Source: Terasakiella sp. | GTDB taxonomy: Bacteria > Pseudomonadota > Alphaproteobacteria > Rhodospirillales > Terasakiellaceae | NCBI RefSeq assembly: GCF_048571175.1 | Contig: NZ_CP182348.1 | Location: 649,517-689,516 of the forward strand | DNA: 40,000 bases | Direction of reading: 5' to 3' | In this document: positions 16,894-27,539 of the stretch, piece by piece | Position numbering within the stretch: position 1 is the stretch's first letter | Layout: each line of letters opens with the position of its first letter | The notes under the pieces: model-generated | The model's input: only the letters and a program-made list of their open reading frames with translations | Database searches by the model: none | What the model was told of the DNA's origin: nothing | Position numbers and translations under genes: made by a program

Positions 16894-19310
16894 AGTCCTG
16901 CCAGTAACTTGCTCTTAGCACTCTGAGAGCGATCAAGATCGTCAAACCAATACTCGTCCAGAAGTGGGCCAATTTCCGTTTGGACAACATTTCGATACCA
17001 GTCTAAAGCGTCTGTAATTTTTGCATTGAAGGCAGGAGTCACATAGCTATGACCTATTTTAAATTGCGCCCCCAGATTTCGATCATTCTCAATTTCGGCA
17101 TTTAAAGAGATAAGGCGCTCTTCGATGTTCTGAAGCACCTCCATATCTATTCCTGATTTTTCGTGAACCCATTTTTTCCAGGGATCACCAAACGTGGGCT
17201 TAAGATCGATAAAAGCAAAACGCCTACGAAGAGCCAAATCGACTAGAGCGAGGGACCTGTCTGCCACATTCATTGTGCCGATGACATAGAGGTTATCAGG
17301 AACGAAAACACGTTCGGAATCACTTCGACGATAACTTAGCTCAAGAGCTTCTGCCGGTGTTCTTTTGTCAGCTTCAAGAAGGGTTAGCATTTCACCAAAA
17401 ATTTGTGCAGGGTTACCCCTGTTGATTTCTTCAATGACGACAACATGCTTATTGCCTGCATCCTTTTTAGCCTGATTGATCGTCTCTAAAAACGGGCCAT
17501 CCACAAGGTCTAATTTCCCTTCCCCAGCGGGCCTCCAGCCACGAACAAAATCTTCGTAAGAAAGGTTGGGGTGAAATTGAACTGCACGAATTTTGTTATC
17601 GCTTTTGTGACCGATAAGGGCGAAGGCTAACTTTTTGGCCAGCCAGGTTTTTCCCGTTCCCGGAGGGCCTTGTAGAATCAAATTTTTCTTGTTTCTTAAG
17701 CGTTCCAAAATTGCGGCTAAGTTATCTTTTTCTAGAAAGCAGCCATCTTTGATAATGTCATCCAATGTATAGGGCTCGATAGGAGCGACCGCTGGCTCTG
17801 ATTCATCCTCTGTTTCATGTTCCAAGTCAGGGTCAGTTGCATTGGGGTGCGCGGAAGTGCCTGTGTCTTTGTATAGCCATGCAGCGAGAGAGAGTTCTGG
17901 AAACGAGTGAACAGGATACGCATCTTCCAGAAAGCGCAGCTCAAGTTCGTCTAGAATTGCCAAGTAGTCTTTTCCTGAGCACCTACGCTTCGGGCCGTTT
18001 TTACCAATTTCGATTCCGAGCTTTTTCTCAATATATAGCTGTGATTGACCATCAAGCGTGGGGAAATTCCATGGGCGTACCCAATAAAGGCCCATCGATA
18101 AATTCCAGCCAACGCCGTATTGTTGAGAAACAATGCCATAGCCCGAAAGGAATTCATCTCTGGCATCAGCGTCATCTTTATCCGCGAAATTTAGGGCTTT
18201 TTCAAAAAAGTCCCAAAGCCTCTCGATGTCGCCGTCTTCTCTCCTGTCTTCAAAACCGAAAAACCAGGACTTTTGATTGTTCAGGATTGGTATCCCTTCA
18301 AATGAGTCCGGAACTGGTTCTTTAACGTCCAAAAAGTCAGCTAGTTCTTTTGCGATGGCTTTTCTATTTTCATCAGTAATTCCCCTGTTGAATGTTCCCA
18401 TGGTGGTAAAGGGACAAATGTCTGTTTGACCTTTATCCTTGATGTAGGACAGGTCTAGTTTTTCGGCCAATTCGTTGATGAATTTAATAAGGCCTCTTCG
18501 GTCGTCTTTGTGTTTTAAAAGCGCTTGACCGATCGCTTCATAAAACTTGGTCCAGTGGAAACGTTTTGTTTCTACTGGCGTATCACCAAATCTTTCTTGC
18601 CAGAATGGTGCATTTCTAAAGCGGTCTAATTCCTGAGGTATATCATTGAACGTAAAATCAATGAGGCCTTTTGCCTCCCACCGATCAGGGGTTAAACGCC
18701 AAATCGTGCTTCTGTTTGTATAAAAATACCATTCCCGTGGTGTTTCATATTTAGGCGACCAGTCCACATCAACGGTTTGGCCATCACCATGGTTTTTGGT
18801 GATGACACCGATGACTTTGATACCCATTGCAGAAACGGATTGGCCTCCATTATCGAATGGCAGGTTGTGCTTGCGTGTGTACGACGATTTAATAGCAATG
18901 AGGTCGCCAGTTTTCATTGAGCGCACCACATCAAGATATTTATTGTCATAACCGTTTTGCCAGATCCCTTCCTCTATGAAGCTGTCTGTTTGATCTTCGG
19001 CTGCCTTGCCCCACGAAGCTCCCACGAACCAATATGATTTTGGGTTTGTGCTTGCCATTTTTGCTTTGGCAAGGATTGCATCTGTAATAACCCCTGCTAG
19101 TGGCAATTCGCTTTTGTCCATAATTGCTCTGATTTTAAGCTTGAGCTCAGCTTGGATGTCACTTTTTAAATGCCAATCAGTGTACGACTGGATCTTGTCA
19201 ACGACTTGAGCAACATCGTTTGTGACCGTGGCCAAATGGGATGCCTCTAGCTCCACCTTTTGTGAAGCTGCCTGTTCTAAAATGATTTTTCTTATATCTT
19301 CGGTCTTCAT
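16890..19310 (-). CDS. mcrB: McrB-family AAA+ GTPase with a ~540-aa N-terminal extension
   Basis: Walker A LILQGPPGTGKTW (about 17645-17668). McrB signature VVVIEEINRGNPAQIFGEMLTLLE and YVIGTMNVADRSLALVDLALRRRFAF. The N-terminus contains a PUA/EVE-like stretch (YWFVGASWG...KTGDLIAIKSS...IKVIGVI). Confidence 0.9.
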   Translation of the reverse strand: MKTEDIRKIILEQAASQKVELEASHLATVTNDVAQVVDKIQSYTDWHLKSDIQAELKLKIRAIMDKSELPLAGVITDAILAKAKMASTNPKSYWFVGASWGKAAEDQTDSFIEEGIWQNGYDNKYLDVVRSMKTGDLIAIKSSYTRKHNLPFDNGGQSVSAMGIKVIGVITKNHGDGQTVDVDWSPKYETPREWYFYTNRSTIWRLTPDRWEAKGLIDFTFNDIPQELDRFRNAPFWQERFGDTPVETKRFHWTKFYEAIGQALLKHKDDRRGLIKFINELAEKLDLSYIKDKGQTDICPFTTMGTFNRGITDENRKAIAKELADFLDVKEPVPDSFEGIPILNNQKSWFFGFEDRREDGDIERLWDFFEKALNFADKDDADARDEFLSGYGIVSQQYGVGWNLSMGLYWVRPWNFPTLDGQSQLYIEKKLGIEIGKNGPKRRCSGKDYLAILDELELRFLEDAYPVHSFPELSLAAWLYKDTGTSAHPNATDPDLEHETEDESEPAVAPIEPYTLDDIIKDGCFLEKDNLAAILERLRNKKNLILQGPPGTGKTWLAKKLAFALIGHKSDNKIRAVQFHPNLSYEDFVRGWRPAGEGKLDLVDGPFLETINQAKKDAGNKHVVVIEEINRGNPAQIFGEMLTLLEADKRTPAEALELSYRRSDSERVFVPDNLYVIGTMNVADRSLALVDLALRRRFAFIDLKPTFGDPWKKWVHEKSGIDMEVLQNIEERLISLNAEIENDRNLGAQFKIGHSYVTPAFNAKITDALDWYRNVVQTEIGPLLDEYWFDDLDRSQSAKSKLLAGL

Positions 19311-19349
19311 GACGGATTTCCAGTGTCAGCATACATTCAAGAATTTGGG

Positions 19350-22300
19350 CTATCGGGTCCAGGAGTTGGAGAGCGTTTCGGCTTGCTTTAAGACCAGCTC
19401 AACAGCTTCGGCTGCTTTGTCAGGCGGGTACTTCCACCTCTGAAGAGTCCGTCGGACAAGTATCTTGAGCTTTGCCCGGACACTGTCACGAACCTGCCAG
19501 TCTACGGTTGTTGATTTCCTGAGTTTCTCAGTGATTTCAACGGCGATTTTTTTAAGGATTTCATCACCGAGCTCGCGTACTGCACTCTCATTGTTGGCTA
19601 AGGCATCGTAGAATGCGACTTCATCAGGATTAAGGCCGAGTTCTGCTTCTCGAGCCATCTCCTCCTGAAACTCTTTCGCCATTTGAATAAGTTCTTCGAT
19701 CACTTGCGCCGTCTCAATGGCACGGTTGTGATATTTTCGAAGAGTTTCTTGCAGGCGGTCGGCAAACTTCTTTTCTTGCACGACATTGTTTCTGGTTTTT
19801 GCCTTGATGTCGTCTTTGAGAAGTTTCTCCAATAGTTCGACGGCAAGGTTTTTGTGGGGCATCTGCCGCACGTCTTCCAGAAACTCTTCAGACAAAAGGC
19901 CGATATTCGGTTTGTCTAGACCGCAGAGTGCAAAAACGTCAGCTACGCCCTCAGCAACAACAGCATTATCCAGAATTTGCTTTAATGCAGAATTCTTCTC
20001 TTCTTCAGTGCGCTTCTTGTCAACCGTTGTGAATTTGCTGATTGCAGCTTTGATGGCGCTATAAAAAGCGATTTCTTTTCTGAGATCTTTTGCTTCATCC
20101 AGTGTGCTGCTGAGTGAGTAAGCCTTGTTTGTTGCTAGTACTAAATCTAGGAAGCGCTTTTTGCCGTCCTCTATCCCAAGAAGGTAGTTCGCGGCAGGCA
20201 CCAGAAGTTTATGCGCATCCGTTTCAAAAGCAGACAAATCAAGACCGGGAGCCTGAGGTGTTTTGGCAAACATCCCTCTGATAGCATCCAGCTTTTCCAA
20301 TAATATGGCGAAGGCTTCCGCCGCGTTTAGGGTCGGTTGACCTTTTCCCTTGGCATCGGTGTAGGTTTTTAGAGCCTGCTTGAGTTCGTTGGCAATGCCG
20401 ATATAGTCGACGACAAGGCCGCCCGGTTTATTCTTGAAGACACGGTTCACCCGAGCGATCGCCTGCATCAAGTTATGCCCCTTCATGGGCTTGTCGACAT
20501 ACATTGTATGGCAGCATGGGGCATCAAAACCAGTTAGCCACATATCGCGGACGATCACGATTTTGAGCGGATCGTCTAGGTCCTTGAAACGTCTCTCAAG
20601 GCGTTTCTTGGTTTTCTTGTTGTAGATGTGTGGCTGCAGTAGTGCCTTGTCCGATGCCGATCCGGTCATCACGATTTTTATCGCGCCCTTTTCTGGATCG
20701 TCATCATGCCAATCTGGGCGAAGGTCAATAATTTCATTATAAAGATGAGCACAGATGTCACGGCTCATGGCGACAATCATTGCCTTACCGTCCATAGTGG
20801 CATTACGAGATTCAAAATGCTGCACAATATCGGTGGCAATTTCTTTGAGGCGAGGGGTTGAGCCTACCAGCTTTTCAAGGCGGCTCCATTCACCTTTGGT
20901 TTTTTCCCTGTTCCCGACATCTTCGTCATCTTCAATTACTTCGTCGACCTGATCGGACAGTGCCGCTATATCATCTCGGTTAAGGTCAAGTTTTGCCAGT
21001 CGAGACTCATAGTAAATTGGCACTGTCGCACCGTCGTCAACGGCATCTTGAATGTCGTAGATGGAGACGTAGTCACCAAAGACGGATCGGGTGTCTTTGT
21101 CTTCTTGCGAAATGGGGGTGCCGGTAAAGCCAATGAATGATGCATTTGGTATGGCATCACGCATATGCTTGGCATATCCGAATTTATAGCTTCCATCTTT
21201 GGTGAGGACAGCTTTAAGGCCATATTGGCTTCGGTGGGCTTCATCCGATATTACCACAATGTTGTGGCGGTCATTTAGAATGGGGTGAGTGTTCTCGTCA
21301 TCCAGAACCGCAAATTTCTGAACTGTTGTAAAGATAATGCCACCGGAGCTTCGTTCACTTAGTAGGTCACGCAGTGTATCCCGATCGTCAGCCTGAACCG
21401 GTGTTTGCTTCAAAAGCTCTTGGGCGTTGCTGAAGGTCGCAAAAAGCTGGCCGTCCAGGTCGTTTCGGTCGGTCACAATGATAAGCGTTGGGTTGTTCAT
21501 CGCAGGTTGCTGTAGGAGTTTCCCTGCGTAACAACACATGGAAATGCTTTTGCCAGACCCTTGCGTGTGCCAAACAACACCAGCCTTTTTATTTCCCCCT
21601 TCATGAGATGCTTCAATGGTTGCGGCGACAGCTTCGCGCACGGCATGGAATTGGTGGTAACCAGCTATTTTCTTTATGATTTTCTCGCCGTCTGTCTCAA
21701 ATAGAATGAAGAAACGGACATAGTCTAGAAACAATTCACGATCGAAGAAGCCCCTTACCATTGTTTCCAATTGCCATTCCAGTAAGGGCTTGTCGTCTTC
21801 ATCTTTAATCGTGCGCCACGGCATGAAGCGTTCTTGGTTGGCTGTCAGGGAGCCTACACGAGCTGTGTAGCCGTCGCTGATGATCAAAGCTTCATTAAAG
21901 ATAAAGAGGTCAGAGATTTCTTCTTTGTAGGTCTGTATCTGATTGAAGGCATCCCAGATATCGGCGTTTTCGTCTGAGGGGCTTTTTAATTCCAAAACGG
22001 CGATGGGCAGGCCATTAATAAAGCAAACAATATCCGGCCTGCGCGGCTGTTTGGTGCCGCTTACGGTAAATTGGTTGATGGCTTGAAAACGATTTGCAGC
22101 GATATTTTCAAAATCAATGAGAAACGCATGGTCGTGGACGGGTTTGTCCCCGTCTTTAAAATCAACCGGAATGCCGCTTAGCAGAAGGCGGTGGAAGGCT
22201 CGGTTATTTGTAATGAGATCAAGGCTTTCTGCGTGGCGAAGCTTCGCAAGTACCTGCTCTAAGCAGATAGAGATGGCTTCGCTCGGGATATGTTTGTTAA

Positions 22301-22463
22301 TTGCCGGGAAAACAGCGGTGAGCTGGTCCGTCAGCAGAACATCAGAATAATTGCCGCGTGCCGGATTGGCTCCATCAGGCGCGATGTCAGGGCCGTGAAC
22401 GACTTCCCAGCCAGTTTCCTTGAACCAATCAAGGCAGAGGTTTTCTAGTTGTTCTTCATTCAT
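19350..22463 (-). CDS. hsdR: Type I restriction enzyme R subunit
   Basis: 1037 aa. Motifs WHTQGSGKS (Walker A), ISDEAHRSQ (DEAH), typical N-terminus [14 protein letters not shown] and C-terminal helical tail. Confidence 0.95.
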   Translation of the reverse strand: MNEEQLENLCLDWFKETGWEVVHGPDIAPDGANPARGNYSDVLLTDQLTAVFPAINKHIPSEAISICLEQVLAKLRHAESLDLITNNRAFHRLLLSGIPVDFKDGDKPVHDHAFLIDFENIAANRFQAINQFTVSGTKQPRRPDIVCFINGLPIAVLELKSPSDENADIWDAFNQIQTYKEEISDLFIFNEALIISDGYTARVGSLTANQERFMPWRTIKDEDDKPLLEWQLETMVRGFFDRELFLDYVRFFILFETDGEKIIKKIAGYHQFHAVREAVAATIEASHEGGNKKAGVVWHTQGSGKSISMCCYAGKLLQQPAMNNPTLIIVTDRNDLDGQLFATFSNAQELLKQTPVQADDRDTLRDLLSERSSGGIIFTTVQKFAVLDDENTHPILNDRHNIVVISDEAHRSQYGLKAVLTKDGSYKFGYAKHMRDAIPNASFIGFTGTPISQEDKDTRSVFGDYVSIYDIQDAVDDGATVPIYYESRLAKLDLNRDDIAALSDQVDEVIEDDEDVGNREKTKGEWSRLEKLVGSTPRLKEIATDIVQHFESRNATMDGKAMIVAMSRDICAHLYNEIIDLRPDWHDDDPEKGAIKIVMTGSASDKALLQPHIYNKKTKKRLERRFKDLDDPLKIVIVRDMWLTGFDAPCCHTMYVDKPMKGHNLMQAIARVNRVFKNKPGGLVVDYIGIANELKQALKTYTDAKGKGQPTLNAAEAFAILLEKLDAIRGMFAKTPQAPGLDLSAFETDAHKLLVPAANYLLGIEDGKKRFLDLVLATNKAYSLSSTLDEAKDLRKEIAFYSAIKAAISKFTTVDKKRTEEEKNSALKQILDNAVVAEGVADVFALCGLDKPNIGLLSEEFLEDVRQMPHKNLAVELLEKLLKDDIKAKTRNNVVQEKKFADRLQETLRKYHNRAIETAQVIEELIQMAKEFQEEMAREAELGLNPDEVAFYDALANNESAVRELGDEILKKIAVEITEKLRKSTTVDWQVRDSVRAKLKILVRRTLQRWKYPPDKAAEAVELVLKQAETLSNSWTR

Positions 22464-23323
22464 TGTTCACCTCTTAATTCTGCCTGCTCAGTGCGGACCT
22501 CGTTCGAAATCAATTCGTTGCAATGAAGGGAAGAACCGGTCAGGTCGGGATATAAATTTGCAAAATGCAGGTTCATTCTGCGTAGCGCCATTAAACAATC
22601 TTGACGCTCATCTTTCGTTTCAATTGGGATATGAAGTTTGAAAATGTAATCTTTAAGGACGAGAGGGTCGTCCACATCGACTTCGTTTTCAGCCAGAGTG
22701 TTAATGATTGTGGTTTCGAGGCTTGTTTCACCGCTGGGGGACAGGGTGAATAAGCCATCTTGACTGATTAAACGGTCATGATCGCTGCTCAGTGGATTAA
22801 CAAAGAGGTCATGAGGAAAAAACGTTTCAAGGTTGCTTTTGTTCAAGCCGAATATGGCACGGCTATAGTTCTTTGGCTTCTCATGCTTTGGATCTTCCTC
22901 GTGCATGGCGAAAAACATGGCGACAAACGGGGAGTGAGACCAATCGAGAAGGGGTGTCCACAGGCCATAATGTTGACCCAGGGCCCATATGTCATCGGCA
23001 CTACCCATCTGAGAGACGGGAATTTTAGTTCTGCCGCGAATAGAGTATTTGAAATTCTCTAAATGGCGTTCGGCCCAGTCTTCTTGGTAGGTCCCCGCTT
23101 CTGTCATGCGGGCGATACTAGGTGTTAAGCCCCAAGATGCATTCCTTTGTCCGCGAAACAGCATTTCGCATGATGAGGACGCAATCTTTCCTGCGTTTGT
23201 AAGTTGCAGAAATTCTTCCCAATTCTTCAAACGGGCCACAGGGATGTTGCCATCCACTTTATCGCCGTGGATGACGAAATCGGGCCACTTAGGAGATTTC
23301 AGGAAGGGTTTCCGTCTAGTCAT
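22460..23323 (-). CDS. FRG-domain protein embedded in the type I operon
   Basis: Motifs [38 protein letters not shown] and [12 protein letters not shown] at 23323 overlaps the hsdS stop by 8 nt, and its stop forms ATGA with the hsdR start. Confidence 0.8.
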   Translation of the reverse strand: MTRRKPFLKSPKWPDFVIHGDKVDGNIPVARLKNWEEFLQLTNAGKIASSSCEMLFRGQRNASWGLTPSIARMTEAGTYQEDWAERHLENFKYSIRGRTKIPVSQMGSADDIWALGQHYGLWTPLLDWSHSPFVAMFFAMHEEDPKHEKPKNYSRAIFGLNKSNLETFFPHDLFVNPLSSDHDRLISQDGLFTLSPSGETSLETTIINTLAENEVDVDDPLVLKDYIFKLHIPIETKDERQDCLMALRRMNLHFANLYPDLTGSSLHCNELISNEVRTEQAELRGEQ

Positions 23324-24695
23324 CAGCAAGCCCCTCCAAATCGATTTCTCCCGACAGGAGCTTGGGTAAAAGCGTGTCCCGGAGCGATTTTAGCGTTTCC
23401 TGCTCGACCAAATTGCTTTCAATGTTGTCAAGGTATGGAGCGGTCACGCTGCAGAATAGAGCTTGGATCTCTTCAGAAGGAACACAATACTTCAGTTTTT
23501 CCATATCTTTGCGAGTTACATGACCTAGGCCAGTGGTCTGCTTGTTTTTCGCTATCGCAATGAAAACAGGCTTTAGATGTTTAAGAAGCCAAAATGTGGA
23601 GTTCCGTTGGGCAGGCTCAGAGTTGACCACTTTGAAAATGTGCTGATTCAGCCAAGCTTCACCGCCAACCCAAATAAAGGTGTCAATTGAAGTCTCTGGA
23701 CTGCCCGACCAGGAAAATAATATATCTCCGGTGTCGAGTTTGAATTTGTCTCCAAGGTCTGTGTTCGTAAATTTTGTATTTCCGGTAATTCCACTTTTAA
23801 GTTCCGCAATTTTGATCACGGGCTTTGCATCAGGATCAGAAGAAAAATGCATATTTTTATATGCGGCACCGTTAATGAATTCAGCAGAATTGATCACAGC
23901 TTCAGTTGTCCAACCCTCGGGGATCGGGCCAAGTTCACTGTCTGCCAAAGCTGCTGGAAAGAGTGCGGCAGTAGCTTGGAGCTTAGCATAAGCTTCTGGT
24001 TGGTCAGCTGCCATCGCATCTAATGCGGCGCTGTCTTTGCCAGAAATGGCTGTCATCGCGGCGCGTTCGGCTTCGTCTTCTGTGCCGCCTGCTTCGAGAA
24101 CTTTAATTTTTGCCTTGGTTGGCTCAAAATCCACAAACCAGCTTTTGAAAATCGCTTGCGCCATTTCCTCCAGCGTTCTGTTGATCTGGTTGTTGATTTC
24201 GATTTTGTCGTCGAGCGCCTTTAAGTGGTCGCCAATTTTTCTTTGAACATTTGGGCTAGGTATATAGGCTCTGTATTGTGTGATTGCAGTTTTATCACCG
24301 CGTGGCATTTTAGCGCCTTTTGATGTCTGATCTGTGTAATCGACAAAGTGCTTGTTGCTCAGCAGGTAATATAAAAATGTAGGCAATACATTTTTTTTAT
24401 CTTTGGATCGAAAAATTAAAACATCTGGTGAAGCGCCGCCTTCAAAGCTTGCATGCCACACTTTGCGAAAGTATGTGCGAATGTTTGAAAATAATGTGTC
24501 GCCAACTTGGAAGTGATTAAATTTTGAAGCGGCCGGTAATTTAGACGCCTTTTCGACTCCTCCACGATCCACGATCATATTGTCGGTGGAAATATAAGTA
24601 TTTTCATCTACCTCATCGGCGGAAATTTTATCGCTGATTAGGTCAATAATATTGCCTAATTCATGCGTTGTGTTGAAATCAAAGTCAGCAGTCAT
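23316..24695 (-). CDS. hsdS: Type I restriction enzyme specificity subunit (two TRDs)
   Basis: Central conserved helix TLEEMAQAIFKSWFVDFEP and C-terminal LKSLRDTLLPKLLSGEI. ATG at 24695 overlaps the hsdM stop by 11 nt; the track start at 24752 lies inside hsdM. Confidence 0.9.
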   Translation of the reverse strand: MTADFDFNTTHELGNIIDLISDKISADEVDENTYISTDNMIVDRGGVEKASKLPAASKFNHFQVGDTLFSNIRTYFRKVWHASFEGGASPDVLIFRSKDKKNVLPTFLYYLLSNKHFVDYTDQTSKGAKMPRGDKTAITQYRAYIPSPNVQRKIGDHLKALDDKIEINNQINRTLEEMAQAIFKSWFVDFEPTKAKIKVLEAGGTEDEAERAAMTAISGKDSAALDAMAADQPEAYAKLQATAALFPAALADSELGPIPEGWTTEAVINSAEFINGAAYKNMHFSSDPDAKPVIKIAELKSGITGNTKFTNTDLGDKFKLDTGDILFSWSGSPETSIDTFIWVGGEAWLNQHIFKVVNSEPAQRNSTFWLLKHLKPVFIAIAKNKQTTGLGHVTRKDMEKLKYCVPSEEIQALFCSVTAPYLDNIESNLVEQETLKSLRDTLLPKLLSGEIDLEGLADD

Positions 24696-26415
24696 AACCC
24701 AACCCCGCCAAGTTAGATTTGATCTCATTCTCCAACGCTTCGGCTGTTTCAAACTGGGATGAAAGTTCAGCCGATAGACGGGTCATCTTTTCTGTAAACG
24801 GTTCTGTATCTTCTTCACCGTCAACGGCACCGACGTAACGACCGGGTGTAAGCACAAAGTCGTGCTTGTCCATGTCTGCTAATTCGGCAGAGAAACAAAA
24901 GCCTTTTTCATCCGCATAATCAGTGCCTGTTTTCCAAGCATGGAAGGTCCCAGCAATCTTTGCGATGTCTTTATTCGTAAAATCACGCAGCACCCGGTCT
25001 TTCATGAAGCCGATATTTCGAGCGTCGATGAAGAGTGTTTTGCCGCTGCGATCTCGTTTTCCATTGCCGCCCTTTTTGTTTTTGGTTAGGAACCAGATAC
25101 AGGCTGGAATTTGTGTGTTAGTGAAGAGTTGGCCTGGCAAAGCAACCATACATTCTACGAGATCGTTTTGGATGAGAGCCTTACGAATAACGCCTTCGTT
25201 GTTGGTGTTGCTGCTCATAGACCCATTTGCGAGTAAGAGTGCCATAGAGCCATTGTTGTTCAGATGATGCAGCATATGAAGAATCCACGCGAAATTTGCA
25301 TTGCCTGCAGGCGGTGTTTCATACCCTTTCCAGCGCACATCATCTTCAAGGCTGGCATGCCACCAGTCTTTGATGTTGAAAGGCGGGTTGGCCATCACAA
25401 AGTCGGCGCGAAGATCTGGATGCTGATCATCTAAAAAGCTATCAGCGTTTTTCTTGCCGAAATTAAAATCGATCCCGCGAATAGCCATGTTCATGGCAGC
25501 CAATTTCCAGGTGGTTGGATTGCTTTCCTGACCGTAAACCGAGATATGTTTCTTCTGCTCCTGAGCGTTGTAATGCTTTTCCGCAGCATGGGCTTCGATG
25601 AATTTATCATTCGAGACGAAGAAGCCCCCCGCACCCATGGCAGGGTCGTAGACGCGGCCTTTATATGGCTCGAGCATTTCTACAATCAGGGTAACAACGC
25701 TTTTCGGTGTGTAATACTGCCCACCCTGTTTTCCTTCCGCGAGGGCGAATTGCCCGAGGAAATATTCGTAGACGTGACCGAGAATGTCTTTGCTGTGCAG
25801 GTCCAGCTTTTCCCCTTCAAATTCCGGATTGCTGAAGCTGGTATCCGAGAATTTGTTGATGAGCTCTGTAAGGTTATGGTTATCCACCTGATATTGACTA
25901 ATGCGTGGAAGGACATTTTTTAGTTTTGGGTTGGCTGGCTTATCGCCAATCTTATAAGTCTCAATGGCTTCAAGCGCATTGTCGATCAGCTTTGAAATAG
26001 ACGTTAGCTTGATGTCTTTGCCGCTCTCGTCTTGTCCGATAACGGAACCAATGGGCTGGGCAGCCGTTGTTTTCAGGAAGTCCCAGCGTGATTGTTTGGG
26101 CACCCAAAAAACATTCTTTTCCTGATAATACTCGTGAAGTTCCAACTCGGCGCTGACGGCTTCTTCGTATTCTTCGTCGCTGCCATAATCGTCACGCGGC
26201 ATGAAGTAGATGTTGTCGTCGCTGTCATCTTCCGTGAATAATTTGCGAAGCTCATTGCGGCGTTCTTCGAATGCATCAGATACATACTTTAAGAAGATGA
26301 GCCCTAGCACCACATGTTTGTAGTTGGCGGCATCCAGGTTGTTGCGCAAACGATCGGCAGCTTTCCACAGTTTGTCGTCGAGCTCTTTTAAGAATTTTTG
26401 TTCTGCTGATTTCAT
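24685..26415 (-). CDS. hsdM: Type I restriction enzyme N6-adenine methyltransferase subunit
   Basis: AdoMet motif YDPAMGAGGFF, catalytic NPPF (FVMANPPFNIKDW), and an HsdM N-terminal domain (LWKAADRLRNNLDAANYKHVVLGLIFLKY). Confidence 0.95.
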   Translation of the reverse strand: MKSAEQKFLKELDDKLWKAADRLRNNLDAANYKHVVLGLIFLKYVSDAFEERRNELRKLFTEDDSDDNIYFMPRDDYGSDEEYEEAVSAELELHEYYQEKNVFWVPKQSRWDFLKTTAAQPIGSVIGQDESGKDIKLTSISKLIDNALEAIETYKIGDKPANPKLKNVLPRISQYQVDNHNLTELINKFSDTSFSNPEFEGEKLDLHSKDILGHVYEYFLGQFALAEGKQGGQYYTPKSVVTLIVEMLEPYKGRVYDPAMGAGGFFVSNDKFIEAHAAEKHYNAQEQKKHISVYGQESNPTTWKLAAMNMAIRGIDFNFGKKNADSFLDDQHPDLRADFVMANPPFNIKDWWHASLEDDVRWKGYETPPAGNANFAWILHMLHHLNNNGSMALLLANGSMSSNTNNEGVIRKALIQNDLVECMVALPGQLFTNTQIPACIWFLTKNKKGGNGKRDRSGKTLFIDARNIGFMKDRVLRDFTNKDIAKIAGTFHAWKTGTDYADEKGFCFSAELADMDKHDFVLTPGRYVGAVDGEEDTEPFTEKMTRLSAELSSQFETAEALENEIKSNLAGLGYDC

Positions 26416-26428
26416 CTTTTTCTCTCAT

Positions 26429-27364
26429 TCACGCATTGCTGACGTCAGTCAGGAACTGTTGGTTGTGATGGCTGGTATACCCTGGTGCAATCGCAAGGTT
26501 TTCAACGCCGTAAAGGGTTGGGGTGTTCTTCAGCCACAGATGATACTCTGGACCGGCTAGTTTATGGTCTTCGGTGCAGTCCACATTCCACTTACGGAGA
26601 AGGTAGCCAGCAACGGCGGCTCGAACCTCTACATTGAGCAGGTTGTCAGACATGCCATATTCAAGGCTAATGGCTTCCGGGTGTTTAAGGGCAGGATGCG
26701 GAACGATATGCATCTCAACAATTCGGTTCCACTGTTTGTCCGCGTCTTTTATTTCATGAGGCAATATCAATACGTTCTTTGCAAGTTTAACGCTGGCGAT
26801 CCTGTTAATTACAAAATCAGAAAAGCGCTCTCTTGCACGGTCAAACCCACGCACATGCCAGCGAAGACCATTATCGACCAGTGCGAAAGGGACTATCTCG
26901 CGTTTTGAATTGCCGCTTGATATGGATAGGTAGGTGATTTCAAGGGGAACCTTGTTGTGGATTGCCCTAGTGATGGCAGCCAGAATATCAATATTGGGAA
27001 AATTCAGCTCTGTTGGAGCTTCGGCGGGAACCAGTGAGCATTCCGGGCTGACAAAATCATCCCCATAGCCATGAAGAAGGGCTGCAAGTGTCTGGCTCCC
27101 CGAATATTCGAAAAGGGGTCTGAAACCGTCACGCTGGATATAGGTTTTTACTTTTGTGTCATATTCGATGTTTTTAGGGGTTAAGTCTTTGTATTGGGAA
27201 AGGTCGCGTGAGGCTGCGGCTTCCTTGATCCCGAATCGCTCGACCAAATCAGATCTATTAACTGAGCCTAGGAAATAGAGTTTGAAGTCGATATGAAACA
27301 GTCGCTCCTGCTGTGCTTGGCTGATTTCGGCCAGTTTTGCTTGGATGTCATCCCCTGCAGACAT
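26429..27364 (-). CDS. wHTH-WYL transcriptional regulator (BrxR/CapW-like)
   Basis: ATG at 27364 with GGGGAGA upstream. N-terminus ERLFHIDFKLYFLGSVNRSDLVERFGIKEAAASRDLSQYKDL and WYL core REIVPFALVDNGLRWHVRGFDRARERFSDFVINRI. Its stop lies 13 bp before the hsdM start. Confidence 0.7.
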   Translation of the reverse strand: MSAGDDIQAKLAEISQAQQERLFHIDFKLYFLGSVNRSDLVERFGIKEAAASRDLSQYKDLTPKNIEYDTKVKTYIQRDGFRPLFEYSGSQTLAALLHGYGDDFVSPECSLVPAEAPTELNFPNIDILAAITRAIHNKVPLEITYLSISSGNSKREIVPFALVDNGLRWHVRGFDRARERFSDFVINRIASVKLAKNVLILPHEIKDADKQWNRIVEMHIVPHPALKHPEAISLEYGMSDNLLNVEVRAAVAGYLLRKWNVDCTEDHKLAGPEYHLWLKNTPTLYGVENLAIAPGYTSHHNQQFLTDVSNA

Positions 27365-27501
27365 TTTTCTCCCCAGTTTTATAGCGTGCCAGTTGCGGCT
27401 ATAAAGTAGCGTATAGGGATATATGGTATTTATATATGTGTCAATATGATAACCACTAAGGGTGTTGGTGTCCGATGTTTTTACCCTTGCTCTTTTCTGA
27501 A

Positions 27502-27539
27502 AGGGACGTGCCAATTTGGCGGCAGACTGGCACGTCCCT
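27502..27539. repeat. Perfect 12-bp inverted repeat AGGGACGTGCCA-N14-TGGCACGTCCCT
   Basis: Read directly, 140-175 bp upstream of the WYL regulator start. There is no proper T-tract on either strand, so it looks more like an operator than a terminator. Confidence 0.6.

Noticed and set aside
23316-24752. A phase-variable hsdS shufflon driven by the nearby serine recombinase.
   Set aside because: Only one hsdS copy is present. I found no silent hsdS fragments or inverted TRD-flanking repeats in the window.
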